Shown: positions 7,608-16,346, numbered from the stretch's first letter. The stretch: 20,000 bases of DNA from an uncultured virus (IMG/VR IMGVR_UViG_3300006802_000088) (IMGVR_UViG_3300006802_000088), one strand, 5' to 3'. The notes: generated from the letters alone by a model not told the origin. Translations and numbers: made by a program.

Positions 7608-8405
7608 TCACTTTCCGAATTTAGTTATAATAACATGCCCATCTCGATGAGACGTGGGTGGCAATGTGTCAATAGCAAGAATTCGCTGCACCCATCTATC
7701 GGTACCGTCATATCGAGCATCAAATGGCCGACGACCATGTACTGTTGTCTTGTTATTTATAACAAGTAAGTCTCCTGTTTTTAGCACTATCTCACGGGTG
7801 CAATTTTTAATTGCATTTTTAAGGTGCATCAAGGCATTAGTGGCTTCATCATTTATGCCCTTCATTAAAACCTCATCGTAAGTTATATTGAAAAATCGGT
7901 CAACATTTACGTTTTTTGAAAAATCTTCCCTCAATATGGAGCAAGTAATTTCCATATCTAATTCACCGTTGGTTCGAAAACTTTCATCAATAGAGGTGGT
8001 GAACCATAACTTTGTTAACGTATCTATAACTGATGGTTCAAGATGCTTAACAATTTCATCAATATATGCGTAGGTAGTTATAGCGTTTGGGTCGCCACGA
8101 AGACAAAGCAACAAAACAGCGGTGGGTTTGTAGGGGTGAAATGCTGTTTCTGTGTGCAAACCAAGTTCTATTTTTGATGAAGTAGAAATCTGTTGATTTT
8201 CTGTTTTCTTAATTGGAAATATATTTTGAATTAATTCACCCTTTTGTTCTTGGGCAAAACTTATTGGCCAACCATAAACCTGAGCATATTTTAAAAGTAT
8301 ATTGCGAGATGGGTTTAGCGTTAAATTATTAAAATTTGAGTTTTTGGGCGTATTTGGAATATCGCCAATATCCAGATTCTCGACAAGGACAATACCTCTA
8401 TCCAT
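7608..8405 (-). CDS. Fe(II)/2-oxoglutarate dioxygenase, clavaminate synthase/AsnO/VioC-like (TauD/TfdA superfamily)
   Basis: H-x-E iron motif 'LGLHTETAFHPYKPTAVLLLCLRGD', distal His and Arg in 'GDLLVINNKTTVHGRRPFDARYDGTDRWVQR'. Confidence 0.88.
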   Translation of the reverse strand: MDRGIVLVENLDIGDIPNTPKNSNFNNLTLNPSRNILLKYAQVYGWPISFAQEQKGELIQNIFPIKKTENQQISTSSKIELGLHTETAFHPYKPTAVLLLCLRGDPNAITTYAYIDEIVKHLEPSVIDTLTKLWFTTSIDESFRTNGELDMEITCSILREDFSKNVNVDRFFNITYDEVLMKGINDEATNALMHLKNAIKNCTREIVLKTGDLLVINNKTTVHGRRPFDARYDGTDRWVQRILAIDTLPPTSHRDGHVIITKFGK

Positions 8406-8412
8406 AGGAGAT

Positions 8413-8622
8413 TTACTCTAGTACAGAATCCGCCTCTATCCAGACCCTAGCCCCACACTTATCTGGTGTATCTGACTGCACAACTTTGGCTGCCTCATGT
8501 CCACAATTTGAGCAAATTATCGTAATGCTCTTGCTGTGTTTGGAACCCTTATAGGTCCTATCAATAATCGCAGCGAGGCCTTTTTTAATCTTTTGTTGAT
8601 GAACGTGAATAATATGTTTCAT
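8413..8622 (-). CDS. small conserved phage protein (IHV...CGARVWIE type)
   Basis: 69 aa. 'MKHIIHVHQ...CGARVWIE' pattern recalled from many phage hypothetical proteins. Co-oriented in the minus-strand block. Confidence 0.7.
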   Translation of the reverse strand: MKHIIHVHQQKIKKGLAAIIDRTYKGSKHSKSITIICSNCGHEAAKVVQSDTPDKCGARVWIEADSVLE

Positions 8623-8696
8623 GGCGCCTCATGAGAGAATCGAACTCCCCTAAAATGCTTAGAAGGCATTTACTTTATCCACTAAGTTAATGAGGC
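8622..8696 (-). tRNA. tRNA-Arg, anticodon UCU, CCA encoded
   Basis: Reverse complement folds as acceptor GCCTCAT/ATGAGGC, D-arm ACTT-AGTGGATA-AAGT, anticodon arm AATGC-CT[TCT]AA-GCATT, T-arm GGGAG-TTCGATT-CTCTC, then G-CCA. Confidence 0.95.
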
Positions 8697-9229
8697 TAGA
8701 TTCCTTTGTTTTTACGATAATACTTCCTTTGATATTCGCGCTGATACTTTAGATAGGCTTCTTTTGTTTCTGGGTTCTGCCGTTTTTCTAGAGCTTTATC
8801 ACGCTGACACTTCTTGCAAACGCGGTCAATCCTGCCATTTTTTCTCTTTCGTTCATACACGCCAAATTCTTCAAATAGGTGACCCTTGCGACAATGTGTG
8901 CGCTTTCTTGAAGATGAGCCTTGCCTGTCTTTCTTAAACATGTCTTTCATATTTCCAGAATTTGTGCCAAGAAATAAGTGTTTTGGGTTGACGCAAGGCG
9001 GATTGTCGCAATGATGGCAAACAAGCATTCCCTTGGGAACTTCGCCTATATGGAAAAGATAACTTGAGACATGCGCTCCGATTGGAGGTTTTTTTGTATA
9101 GTAGGCAAAAGAGCCGTATTTTTTGCTGGTCTTTCCACCTTTCCAAATCCAACAGTCTGGATATTTATCGCTGCCCGATTTATCGACTTTCTGAAAAAAT
9201 CTTTCAATGAGTGGCATATGCTTAGCCAT
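8696..9229 (-). CDS. HNH endonuclease with one C-terminal HC-x2-GH...C-x2-C module
   Basis: 'ERFFQKVDK..CWIWKG..YG.F...AH...VCHHCDNPPCVNPKHLFLGTNSGNMKD'. ATG 9229 chosen because it has an AGGAG SD and aligns with the paralog's N-terminus. Confidence 0.9.
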   Translation of the reverse strand: MAKHMPLIERFFQKVDKSGSDKYPDCWIWKGGKTSKKYGSFAYYTKKPPIGAHVSSYLFHIGEVPKGMLVCHHCDNPPCVNPKHLFLGTNSGNMKDMFKKDRQGSSSRKRTHCRKGHLFEEFGVYERKRKNGRIDRVCKKCQRDKALEKRQNPETKEAYLKYQREYQRKYYRKNKGI

Positions 9230-9851
9230 TTCTCCTCTTTCTTTGCCTAATCCGCATACACTCTGCGCACGTCCTATATTTTCGTCCACTTTTTTTCACG
9301 TACCACTTTTCTCCATAAATGCTAAAGTCATGGCCCTTTCTGCAGTGATTTAACTTTTGTGGTCGTTCTGCTTTTTTCTTTTGCCTACGTTCTCTGCGCT
9401 CTTGACTCCACCTCATGTGGCAAGCCCTACAATCCCGTGTTCTAAAACCAGTACGTTTACTGATTTTATAGATTGTATTTTCTTCATCATAAGGATGACC
9501 GTGTTTACAGTGTGTCTTCCTGCTCTCTTTGTGATTCCCATACATAACCGAATAACGCTGATTATGAGAACGGCTTCCAACCTCAAGGTGGTCAGGACGA
9601 ACACATGGAGGATTGTTACAGAGATGACAAACTTCTAACCCACCGGGGACAGGACCATTTAGTTTTTCCCAAATATATTTATGTGTCTGGACTTTTTTGT
9701 TTATCCCATCGCGTTTATATGAAAACATGCCATATTTTTTTACTGTATGCGCAGTCCATTCCCAACAATTCGGATAATTTGGATTTCGCCCGGATTTATC
9801 AACTTTCTCCCAAAAACGCTCTTCCTCTGGGATTGGTGTTCTTCCTGCCAT
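9222..9851 (-). CDS. HNH endonuclease with two C-terminal HC-x2-GH...C-x2-C modules
   Basis: 'ERFWEKVDK..CWEWT..YG.F...VCHLCNNPPCVRPDHLEVGSRSHN', then 'THCKHGH...RDCRAC' and 'NHCRKGH...RTCAEC'. Confidence 0.9.
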   Translation of the reverse strand: MAGRTPIPEEERFWEKVDKSGRNPNYPNCWEWTAHTVKKYGMFSYKRDGINKKVQTHKYIWEKLNGPVPGGLEVCHLCNNPPCVRPDHLEVGSRSHNQRYSVMYGNHKESRKTHCKHGHPYDEENTIYKISKRTGFRTRDCRACHMRWSQERRERRQKKKAERPQKLNHCRKGHDFSIYGEKWYVKKSGRKYRTCAECMRIRQRKRRNG

Positions 9852-9855
9852 ACCC

Positions 9856-11781
9856 CTACTTTATCGGGCATGCTCCTGTGGCGCAATTGTCAAGGTCTAA
9901 ATCCCCCATGAATGCAACTTCTTGTAATGGGGTCGAAAAGTCAATCTTGGCAAGCATCTTGTCATACTCATCTTTAGACACTTCTTCATACGGAGGTAAA
10001 GAAAAGTTATGGTCAACATGCAACAAGAACGAAACTGACTTAACGCTTTTGTCATAATTCTTTGAGAGCCACTCCTGGATTTCCCCAAGCTCTTCTTTGC
10101 GGTAATAGACGGTCACGGAGACAGCATTATCTGCCCACTCAGTCTGCATCTTTTTCACCCATTCAAGCTGTTCAACTGCAGTCATTGCTGAAGCAAGAAT
10201 TGAGCCCTCTGGTGACATGCATGGGAAGTCCACTACGTAGCGCGTGTGGTCTTCTCTGCCATCAATACCGATGTCCCATTGAACTTTGTATCCACGCTTA
10301 CGACACGCATCGACAAGCGGGTCAGAAGAGCCAAAACGAACTCGCCTAACGTAGAAGGGGGCAAATGCAGGGTGAATTCCTGGTGTGACGCCAGGGAGTA
10401 GTGAAAGCGTTCCAGAGGGCTGCACCGTAGTCAAACGAACCGATTCTGGCCACCCACGTTCAGCAGAGTACTGCTTATCAAATTCCTGCAAGTATTCGTA
10501 CGCAGGAGACAGCCATGAAATTTGCTCATCTGAACACTGAAGTATTCCGGTCACAGATTGTCCAAGTCTTGCGTTCTTGCTTACGATATTTGTTGTTTTC
10601 TCATATGGGTACGCCATACGAGTGATTTGTTTTTGTGTCTTGTAAAGCAAGCGAGAGATTTCTTTAAATTGCTCAAGCGACTCAACGTTTGACAAAAATA
10701 TAGTTGCAAGGTTGCATGACTCTCCGTCGGCAAGGGCAATCTCAGCACAAGGATTAAACCCCTCAATTGAGTTGTCAATTTTTACTTCACCAAGGCGACC
10801 ATATTTACGAGCAAGACGGCGGTTTAGCAGTCCATAAGGCTCTCCAGTGCCATCGTAACCCTTCCATAGCTCACTCATTATTTCGTCATAATGGTCTGCG
10901 TAAATTGAGTTGTTCGAATTTGCTCTCCAGGCAGGAATATTGCCTGATGCCCAGTTTTTGGCGCGGATAAACAACACATCGTCTGGGTCCCCCATGGCGA
11001 TTTGCGCTGAACGTCGCGAAGAGCCAGAAACGACAATACGTCCAATGATGTTGCAGATGTCTAATACGTCAATGGAACGAAGCTTTTTGCCTTCACGGTT
11101 TTGCAATACCTTACAGATATCTGAAATTCCATCAATGAGCGCGCCAGGACCGGATGCGGTACCACCAAAAGTTTTTAGAGGAGCTCCATATTCGCGAATC
11201 AAAATAGTTGAATATGAAAATGATTTGCCAGTATCAAAATATGATTTCAGAACAGCATGGAGAAGACGTTTCCAGCCTTGACGTGAATCAGGAACAATAA
11301 TATCTGCGTCATTGCTGCGCTCTTGAGTAATTACAACCCCTGATTTAACTTTTGGTAAGTCATGAATCTTTGAACGCTCTACAGAAAAACCGACACCACC
11401 ACCGAGCATTAAATATTCAAACAAAAGCTCAAAATCTTCAATTTTTTCAATATTGGTGAAATAGCAATTATTAAGCGATGTGGCATTAAATTTCTGAACA
11501 AGAGGTGTCCCCAGTTGCCATAAAGAGCGTCCAGAAAAAGAACAACGAAGATTGAAACAATGGTCAAATAGTTTTTCCGCTTCTTCCTTGGTGTAATCGA
11601 CGCCTATTTCATGCGCACCATTAATAACTCTTTGAAGGGTCTCAACCCATGTTTCGTTATTACCATTACTTTTTTTGCGACTATATGTTCTAAGGAAAAC
11701 AATTTCTCCCATCCCGTTAAAACCCCATGGTGGCAGTTTTTGGGAATACGAATCTACAAATTCTTGGTCAAGTAATGTCAT
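9856..11781 (-). CDS. nrdJ: class II (adenosylcobalamin-dependent) ribonucleotide reductase, monomeric RTPR type
   Basis: 'RTYSR', 'LNNC', 'GGGVGF', 'RRSAQI', active-site 'NPCAEI...ESCNL', 'TTVQPSGT' and C-terminal redox Cys pair 'CATGACPIK'. No small-subunit gene adjacent. Confidence 0.93.
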   Translation of the reverse strand: MTLLDQEFVDSYSQKLPPWGFNGMGEIVFLRTYSRKKSNGNNETWVETLQRVINGAHEIGVDYTKEEAEKLFDHCFNLRCSFSGRSLWQLGTPLVQKFNATSLNNCYFTNIEKIEDFELLFEYLMLGGGVGFSVERSKIHDLPKVKSGVVITQERSNDADIIVPDSRQGWKRLLHAVLKSYFDTGKSFSYSTILIREYGAPLKTFGGTASGPGALIDGISDICKVLQNREGKKLRSIDVLDICNIIGRIVVSGSSRRSAQIAMGDPDDVLFIRAKNWASGNIPAWRANSNNSIYADHYDEIMSELWKGYDGTGEPYGLLNRRLARKYGRLGEVKIDNSIEGFNPCAEIALADGESCNLATIFLSNVESLEQFKEISRLLYKTQKQITRMAYPYEKTTNIVSKNARLGQSVTGILQCSDEQISWLSPAYEYLQEFDKQYSAERGWPESVRLTTVQPSGTLSLLPGVTPGIHPAFAPFYVRRVRFGSSDPLVDACRKRGYKVQWDIGIDGREDHTRYVVDFPCMSPEGSILASAMTAVEQLEWVKKMQTEWADNAVSVTVYYRKEELGEIQEWLSKNYDKSVKSVSFLLHVDHNFSLPPYEEVSKDEYDKMLAKIDFSTPLQEVAFMGDLDLDNCATGACPIK

Positions 11782-11862
11782 AATAATTTTCCTTAAGTGG
11801 TTTAATTGGTCTATCGATATTAACCGAAACCAGAATACTAAAATGGTCTAAAATTAATCAAA

Positions 11863-12189
11863 TTATTTTTTGATTAGACCTAGTCTCTCGGCTTCTTTGT
11901 ATGGTATGTATTTCCCTTTTGCGTGAAGGATTACCTTAACACTTGTAAATGGAGTTATTTGCACTGTTTGCAATATGTCTTCTTCAACTAAGAAATTTTG
12001 AATTTCTTTAAGTTCTTCTGTTGTGCCATAGCCGGCTATAATTTTTGGTGGCTCAGATTCTCCGACACAATCTCCAGTTGGATGTCCGCAAATCGGACAG
12101 GGGGTGTTTTGTTGTATCCCCGAACCGCTATTACGTATTAATCCTGCGCTAGCCCTATCCCTAAATGAAGGAGAGTCGTAGAACGGCAT
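11863..12189 (-). CDS. hypothetical protein with CPICGHPTGDC metal-binding motif
   Basis: 108 aa. TATAAT 5 nt upstream of ATG. Confidence 0.75.
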   Translation of the reverse strand: MPFYDSPSFRDRASAGLIRNSGSGIQQNTPCPICGHPTGDCVGESEPPKIIAGYGTTEELKEIQNFLVEEDILQTVQITPFTSVKVILHAKGKYIPYKEAERLGLIKK

Positions 12190-12204
12190 ACCCCATTATA
12201 TACA

Positions 12205-12843
12205 TTAATTAAATTCCTGTACATAGAATCCGTTATGTTTAATTAGCATTCTTAGCTCATCATAAGATTCTTTAGGTAAATCATCAATAACTTTTTCTGC
12301 TAAAACTGATTGCAACATTCTCGGATAAAGTCCGTTTCTTAGCTGAGCATCTGGCCCGTTTGGGTAAACCAAAATCTCGGACCAATCAATACTTTTATTT
12401 AAGCCATAAGAATATGGAATTGCCACCATGCTCACGTAGGATGGGGCTCTACCATCTTCTTCAACACCAGCATGACTAACAGTTATGCATTCTTTTACCC
12501 CTATATTGGGGTCAAGAAAAGCCATAGAAAGCTCCATATCCTTAGTTCTGGTTTGGTTAGCCGAGCAATAGCCCTCTGCGACCATGGCTATTGAATTCAC
12601 CCCCCAATACCGTCTGAGGACCGAACATAACTCAGCCGCTATATGCAGCCTTTTGTCGGTAGAAAGGCTCATAAGCTCCCTTTTCATTTGGCACACAATA
12701 ACCAGGCGGTCATCAACCCAGCCAAAAAAGTTCATACTCAAGTCCTCCCCTATTCCATCCTCCTTAACAGTATTTGACTTGGCTAATTGAGCAGCCGTCA
12801 TGACTAGGGCCATTTTGCTCAGGGAGTTATCATAGTCATCCAC
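12205..12843 (-). CDS. hypothetical protein
   Basis: 212 aa ORF with GTG start and TAATCT 6 nt upstream. Confidence 0.75.
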   Translation of the reverse strand: MDDYDNSLSKMALVMTAAQLAKSNTVKEDGIGEDLSMNFFGWVDDRLVIVCQMKRELMSLSTDKRLHIAAELCSVLRRYWGVNSIAMVAEGYCSANQTRTKDMELSMAFLDPNIGVKECITVSHAGVEEDGRAPSYVSMVAIPYSYGLNKSIDWSEILVYPNGPDAQLRNGLYPRMLQSVLAEKVIDDLPKESYDELRMLIKHNGFYVQEFN

Positions 12844-12849
12844 AAGCCC

Positions 12850-12928
12850 AGATTAAGCCAATTAGCTCTTCCACAGGGGATGGTCGTGCTGGGCACATCC
12901 ACTAAGGAGTATTTTTGTGTACTAAGCT
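12850..12928. promoter_or_regulatory. divergent pair of putative leaderless -10 elements
   Basis: TAATCT on - (12850-12855) 6 nt before GTG 12843. TAAGCT on + (12923-12928) 7 nt before ATG 12936. Located at the strand switch. Confidence 0.45.
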
Positions 12929-12935
12929 CTTGCCC

Positions 12936-13133
12936 ATGACAACACAAAAGAAAAAATCAACCCCAAAGAAAAAAGCTACCCCTAAAGCAGCTAAGGAACC
13001 TGCGGTTCAAAAACCAAAAGAGAGCGCACCAGCTACTCCAGAGGTCAAGTTGCCAGCGCCAGTTCAGGCTCCAGTCAGCGTAGCTCCATCTGCGAAAAAG
13101 AAGAGTTTTTTGCGCAGATTTTTTGGGTTTTAA
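12936..13133 (+). CDS. small Lys/Pro/Ala-rich protein with C-terminal amphipathic helix
   Basis: MTTQKKKSTPKKKATPKAAKEP...KKKSFLRRFFGF. ATG 12936 preferred over TTG 12915. Confidence 0.7.
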   Translation: MTTQKKKSTPKKKATPKAAKEPAVQKPKESAPATPEVKLPAPVQAPVSVAPSAKKKSFLRRFFGF

Positions 13134-13177
13134 AAATTTAATAATTTCTCTTTCTCAAAAAAGAAAAAAATAGCGCC

Positions 13178-13591
13178 ATGACCACGGAGCATCGTCGCGC
13201 CCCTAGACGTAAGATAGTCGAGGTTAGTCGCGAGGGTGCTTGGGGTAAAGTTAAATATAAACATTTACTTGAGTGTGGACACACCGAAATAAGACCAAGA
13301 GCATCATCAACGCCAAGCCTTGCTTGTGCGTGGTGTTTGAGAGTAGACGTAAGGCAAAAAGAAATTAACGCTCTCTCTATTATCAATAGAGGCCCATACG
13401 TCGACGTTTCACCATTAATGGCGTCCGATGAAATCACTTTGAGTAAAACACGAGCTTTACTCTCTTCTAAATTTGGAGTTCCTCTCGACGCTGTGGATAT
13501 TATTTCCAGCGACGTAAACGGAAATTTAGAAATAAATTATGCAATAATTTTTCTTTCTTCAGGAGATGTGGCTAGGCTGATGAAACCATAA
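13178..13591 (+). CDS. hypothetical protein with LECGH...CAWC zinc-binding motif
   Basis: 137 aa with C-x-H...C-x2-C pattern. Confidence 0.7.
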   Translation: MTTEHRRAPRRKIVEVSREGAWGKVKYKHLLECGHTEIRPRASSTPSLACAWCLRVDVRQKEINALSIINRGPYVDVSPLMASDEITLSKTRALLSSKFGVPLDAVDIISSDVNGNLEINYAIIFLSSGDVARLMKP

Positions 13592-13613
13592 TCACATAAA
13601 AGGGAGTTAGTCG

Positions 13614-14009
13614 ATGGATAATAATAAAGAGCCTTTTAATAATCCACCGAAGAACGGTAAATGCGTTGGACATCCAACAGAGTTATGGTTCCCCCACCAC
13701 GTCAGGGGAGCAAAAGTTCAAGAGTTCCGTGAAAGAAAAGAAAAGACACGAAGAGCAATTGAGATTTGCAAAACCTGCGATGTCAGTGAAGAATGTTTAC
13801 AATATTCATTAAGACACGAACCATGGGGTATATGGGGCGGCAAAACTGAACTACAACGTGCAGCAATACGTGTTCAAACCAATGTTCGACTTACTCGGGA
13901 TGGAAAAATATTTATACCTGGATTAGGTAATAGAAATGCCAATGGAGAAGCATTAATTCGTCAGCCCAAGAGTCTAAAGAGGCCAACCGCATTGTCTGAG
14001 GTTCAATAA
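13614..14009 (+). CDS. whiB: WhiB-family Fe-S transcription factor
   Basis: Four Cys (C...WFP...ICKTCDVSEECL) and the 'GIWGG' turn. SD GGGAG. Confidence 0.93.
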   Translation: MDNNKEPFNNPPKNGKCVGHPTELWFPHHVRGAKVQEFRERKEKTRRAIEICKTCDVSEECLQYSLRHEPWGIWGGKTELQRAAIRVQTNVRLTRDGKIFIPGLGNRNANGEALIRQPKSLKRPTALSEVQ

Positions 14010-14010
14010 A

Positions 14011-15723
14011 ATGCCAACACCAGGCCCAATAGCAGAAAATTTTTTGACACGTTTGTCGTCGGTGAGACAAACAGGTTCCGGCTGGCAAGCTAAATGTCCA
14101 TGCAGGAATGACGATAATAATCCGTCTTTATCTATAGCGGAGGGCTCGGATGGTCGAGTGCTGGTGACTTGCCATAGAGGCGGTGGGTGTGATGTAAATC
14201 AAATATGTGCTGCCGTAGGACTTAAGGTTCATGAATTAATGCCACCAAAAGAGGAGCGAGCCGAAAGGAAAGAAAAATTAAAATTTGTTGCTGCTTATGA
14301 CTTCACTGATGAGCATGGTCATTTATTGTTTCAAAAAGTACGTTTCGTCAATCAGGACGGCGTTAAAACTTTTAGACAAAGAAAACCAGACGAAAATGGT
14401 GAATGGATTTATTCTTTGGGTGAAACACCAAAAGTTTTATACAATCTTCCCGCAGTTTTGGCGGCAAAAGCAAAGGGTGAACCTATTTGGGTTGTCGAGG
14501 GGGAAAAAGACGCTAACACACTTATCGAGATGGGTCTTTGTGCCACCACGATGCCCGGCGGAGCAGGAAAGTGGTTAGACATACACACCGAGGCACTATC
14601 GGGTGCTTTAGTTGAAATCATCGCAGATAATGATTTACCAGGCAAACAACACGCCCAAACAGTTCTTGAAGAATTGTTAAAAGCGGGCTGTGATGCTCAA
14701 ATATGGATTTCGCCAAAAGCAAAAGACGTAACCGACCACCTAAACGAGGGCTTATCTCTTTCTGACCTAGTGGCTTTTGAACCAGAGAGCAAAGAAGAAG
14801 TTGATGAGTCTCAGCTGAACCCAAAAGACCTTGCCATCCATCGGCTTAAAGAAGTACTAGATAGAACAGATTTAGATTCTCAACAAAAAATTTCTAAATC
14901 ATCGTTAATTATTGCCGCATCAACAATTGTTGACCCAGGTGACCCAGGCAGACTCATTCAGTGGAATGATTTTATTAACGAAACAAGTTCAGACAGCTAT
15001 GATTGGGTTATACCAAACCTGGTAGAAAGAGGTGAGCGCGTTATTGTCGTTGCGGCCGAAGGCGTTGGCAAAACAATGCTTGCTCGTCAAATCGCTCTAT
15101 GCTCTTCCTCTGGTATTCATCCCTTTACTTTTCAACCAATGAAGCCAGTAGTAACTCTTACTGTTGACCTGGAAAACCCAGAAAGAATTATTAGAAGAAT
15201 GTCTTCTTCTATTTTAAATAATGCAATGAGTATGGGTAGGGTGCCAAAAGTGACTGCATCTATTTTGACAAAACCGGCAGGCATGGACTTGCTCAAAGCG
15301 TCGGATAGAGCAATTCTGGAGGAAGCAATTGACAGCGTAAAGCCGGACATCCTTTTGATAGGACCGTTATACAAAGCATTTATCGACCCTGGAGGAAGAA
15401 CGTCGGAAGCCCTTGCTGTCGAATTGGCTAAGTATTTAGACACAATCCGAACCGTATATAAATGTGCTCTTTGGCTTGAGCATCATGCCCCATTGGGCAC
15501 GACTATGTCGTCTAGAGACCTAAGACCATTTGGCTCTGCTGTGTGGTCTAGGTGGCCAGAGTTCGGAATCTCGCTTCAACCCGACCCGACATCTCCCGAC
15601 CCATATGTTTACGACATTAGACATTTTAGAGGCGCTCGTGATGAGCGGCCTTGGCCCGTAAAGATTAAACGTGGGAAACGTTTCCCTTTTGAGGTGCTAG
15701 AAGCGTCTAAGATAATTGTATGA
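14011..15723 (+). CDS. DNA primase-helicase (Zn-binding + TOPRIM + RecA-type/AAA_25 helicase)
   Basis: N-terminal 'CPC...CHRGGGC', TOPRIM 'VVEGEKDA...IADNDLPG...KDVTDHL', Walker A 'AAEGVGKT', and 'LEHHA...RPFGSAVW'. Confidence 0.9.
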   Translation: MPTPGPIAENFLTRLSSVRQTGSGWQAKCPCRNDDNNPSLSIAEGSDGRVLVTCHRGGGCDVNQICAAVGLKVHELMPPKEERAERKEKLKFVAAYDFTDEHGHLLFQKVRFVNQDGVKTFRQRKPDENGEWIYSLGETPKVLYNLPAVLAAKAKGEPIWVVEGEKDANTLIEMGLCATTMPGGAGKWLDIHTEALSGALVEIIADNDLPGKQHAQTVLEELLKAGCDAQIWISPKAKDVTDHLNEGLSLSDLVAFEPESKEEVDESQLNPKDLAIHRLKEVLDRTDLDSQQKISKSSLIIAASTIVDPGDPGRLIQWNDFINETSSDSYDWVIPNLVERGERVIVVAAEGVGKTMLARQIALCSSSGIHPFTFQPMKPVVTLTVDLENPERIIRRMSSSILNNAMSMGRVPKVTASILTKPAGMDLLKASDRAILEEAIDSVKPDILLIGPLYKAFIDPGGRTSEALAVELAKYLDTIRTVYKCALWLEHHAPLGTTMSSRDLRPFGSAVWSRWPEFGISLQPDPTSPDPYVYDIRHFRGARDERPWPVKIKRGKRFPFEVLEASKIIV

Positions 15724-16346
15724 GTGATGAAAAATCTAATAAAATCTCCACAAGGGAGTTTATTAGTGACAGAGATTTACGTATTTTCAAACTACGTCAA
15801 GCCGGAACCTCAACATCCGAGATAGCCCGTCGTTTTGGGGTATCAACAACGGTCGTATCTCGTGCAATACAAAGACAATTGCAAAAGATGAATAGTGAAA
15901 CACTTTTGGCTTACCCTGAGGTTTTGAGACTAGAGCTAGAACGACTCGACAATCTTCAGCAAGCTATCTGGCCCCTAACGCAACATAGACGTGTGGTTAT
16001 GGATGATGGCACAGAGCAGTCAGTTGAGCCGGACTTAAAGGCGATACAGCAAGTTTTGGGAATTATGGATAGAAGAACCAAGCTTTTAGGAATGGACCAG
16101 GCGAATATTAATGTTCAAATGGATGTTAAATCATCAACAACTGAATCTATTAAAGCAACACTTGCTGGTTCTGACAGCTTAAAATTAGCCGCCAACAGAT
16201 TTGACCCCGAAGCCGAGGCTAAGCAATTGTTGCAATTAATGGGTATTTCTGGTGTTTTGCCCGAATCTGTCATAAATCAAATTTTAGAAAAAAACGAAAT
16301 ACATGATGCGGAAATTGTTGAAGACGAGGAAGAAAGTGATGAATAA
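15720..16346 (+). CDS. HTH protein, terminase small subunit-like
   Basis: N-terminal HTH 'LRQAGTSTSEIARRFGVS' followed by 'LELERLDNLQQAIWP...DLKAIQQVLGIMDRRTKLLGMD', a pattern seen in actinophage small-terminase-like proteins. ATGA overlap with the primase-helicase. Confidence 0.65.
   Translation: MSDEKSNKISTREFISDRDLRIFKLRQAGTSTSEIARRFGVSTTVVSRAIQRQLQKMNSETLLAYPEVLRLELERLDNLQQAIWPLTQHRRVVMDDGTEQSVEPDLKAIQQVLGIMDRRTKLLGMDQANINVQMDVKSSTTESIKATLAGSDSLKLAANRFDPEAEAKQLLQLMGISGVLPESVINQILEKNEIHDAEIVEDEEESDE

Noticed and set aside
9856..11781. Intron or intein in nrdJ given the adjacent HNH genes
   Set aside because: The ORF is continuous, 641 aa, with motifs at normal spacing and no intein splice motifs. 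The HNH genes lie outside it.
13550..13564. FLSSG near the C-terminus of ORF 13178..13591
   Set aside because: Single copy in a hydrophobic strand context without the preceding charged linker. Likely chance.
978..15443. Antisense and alternative-frame ORFs overlapping capsid, nrdJ, HNH, primase and other genes
   Set aside because: They overlap well-supported genes and lack motifs or translation signals.
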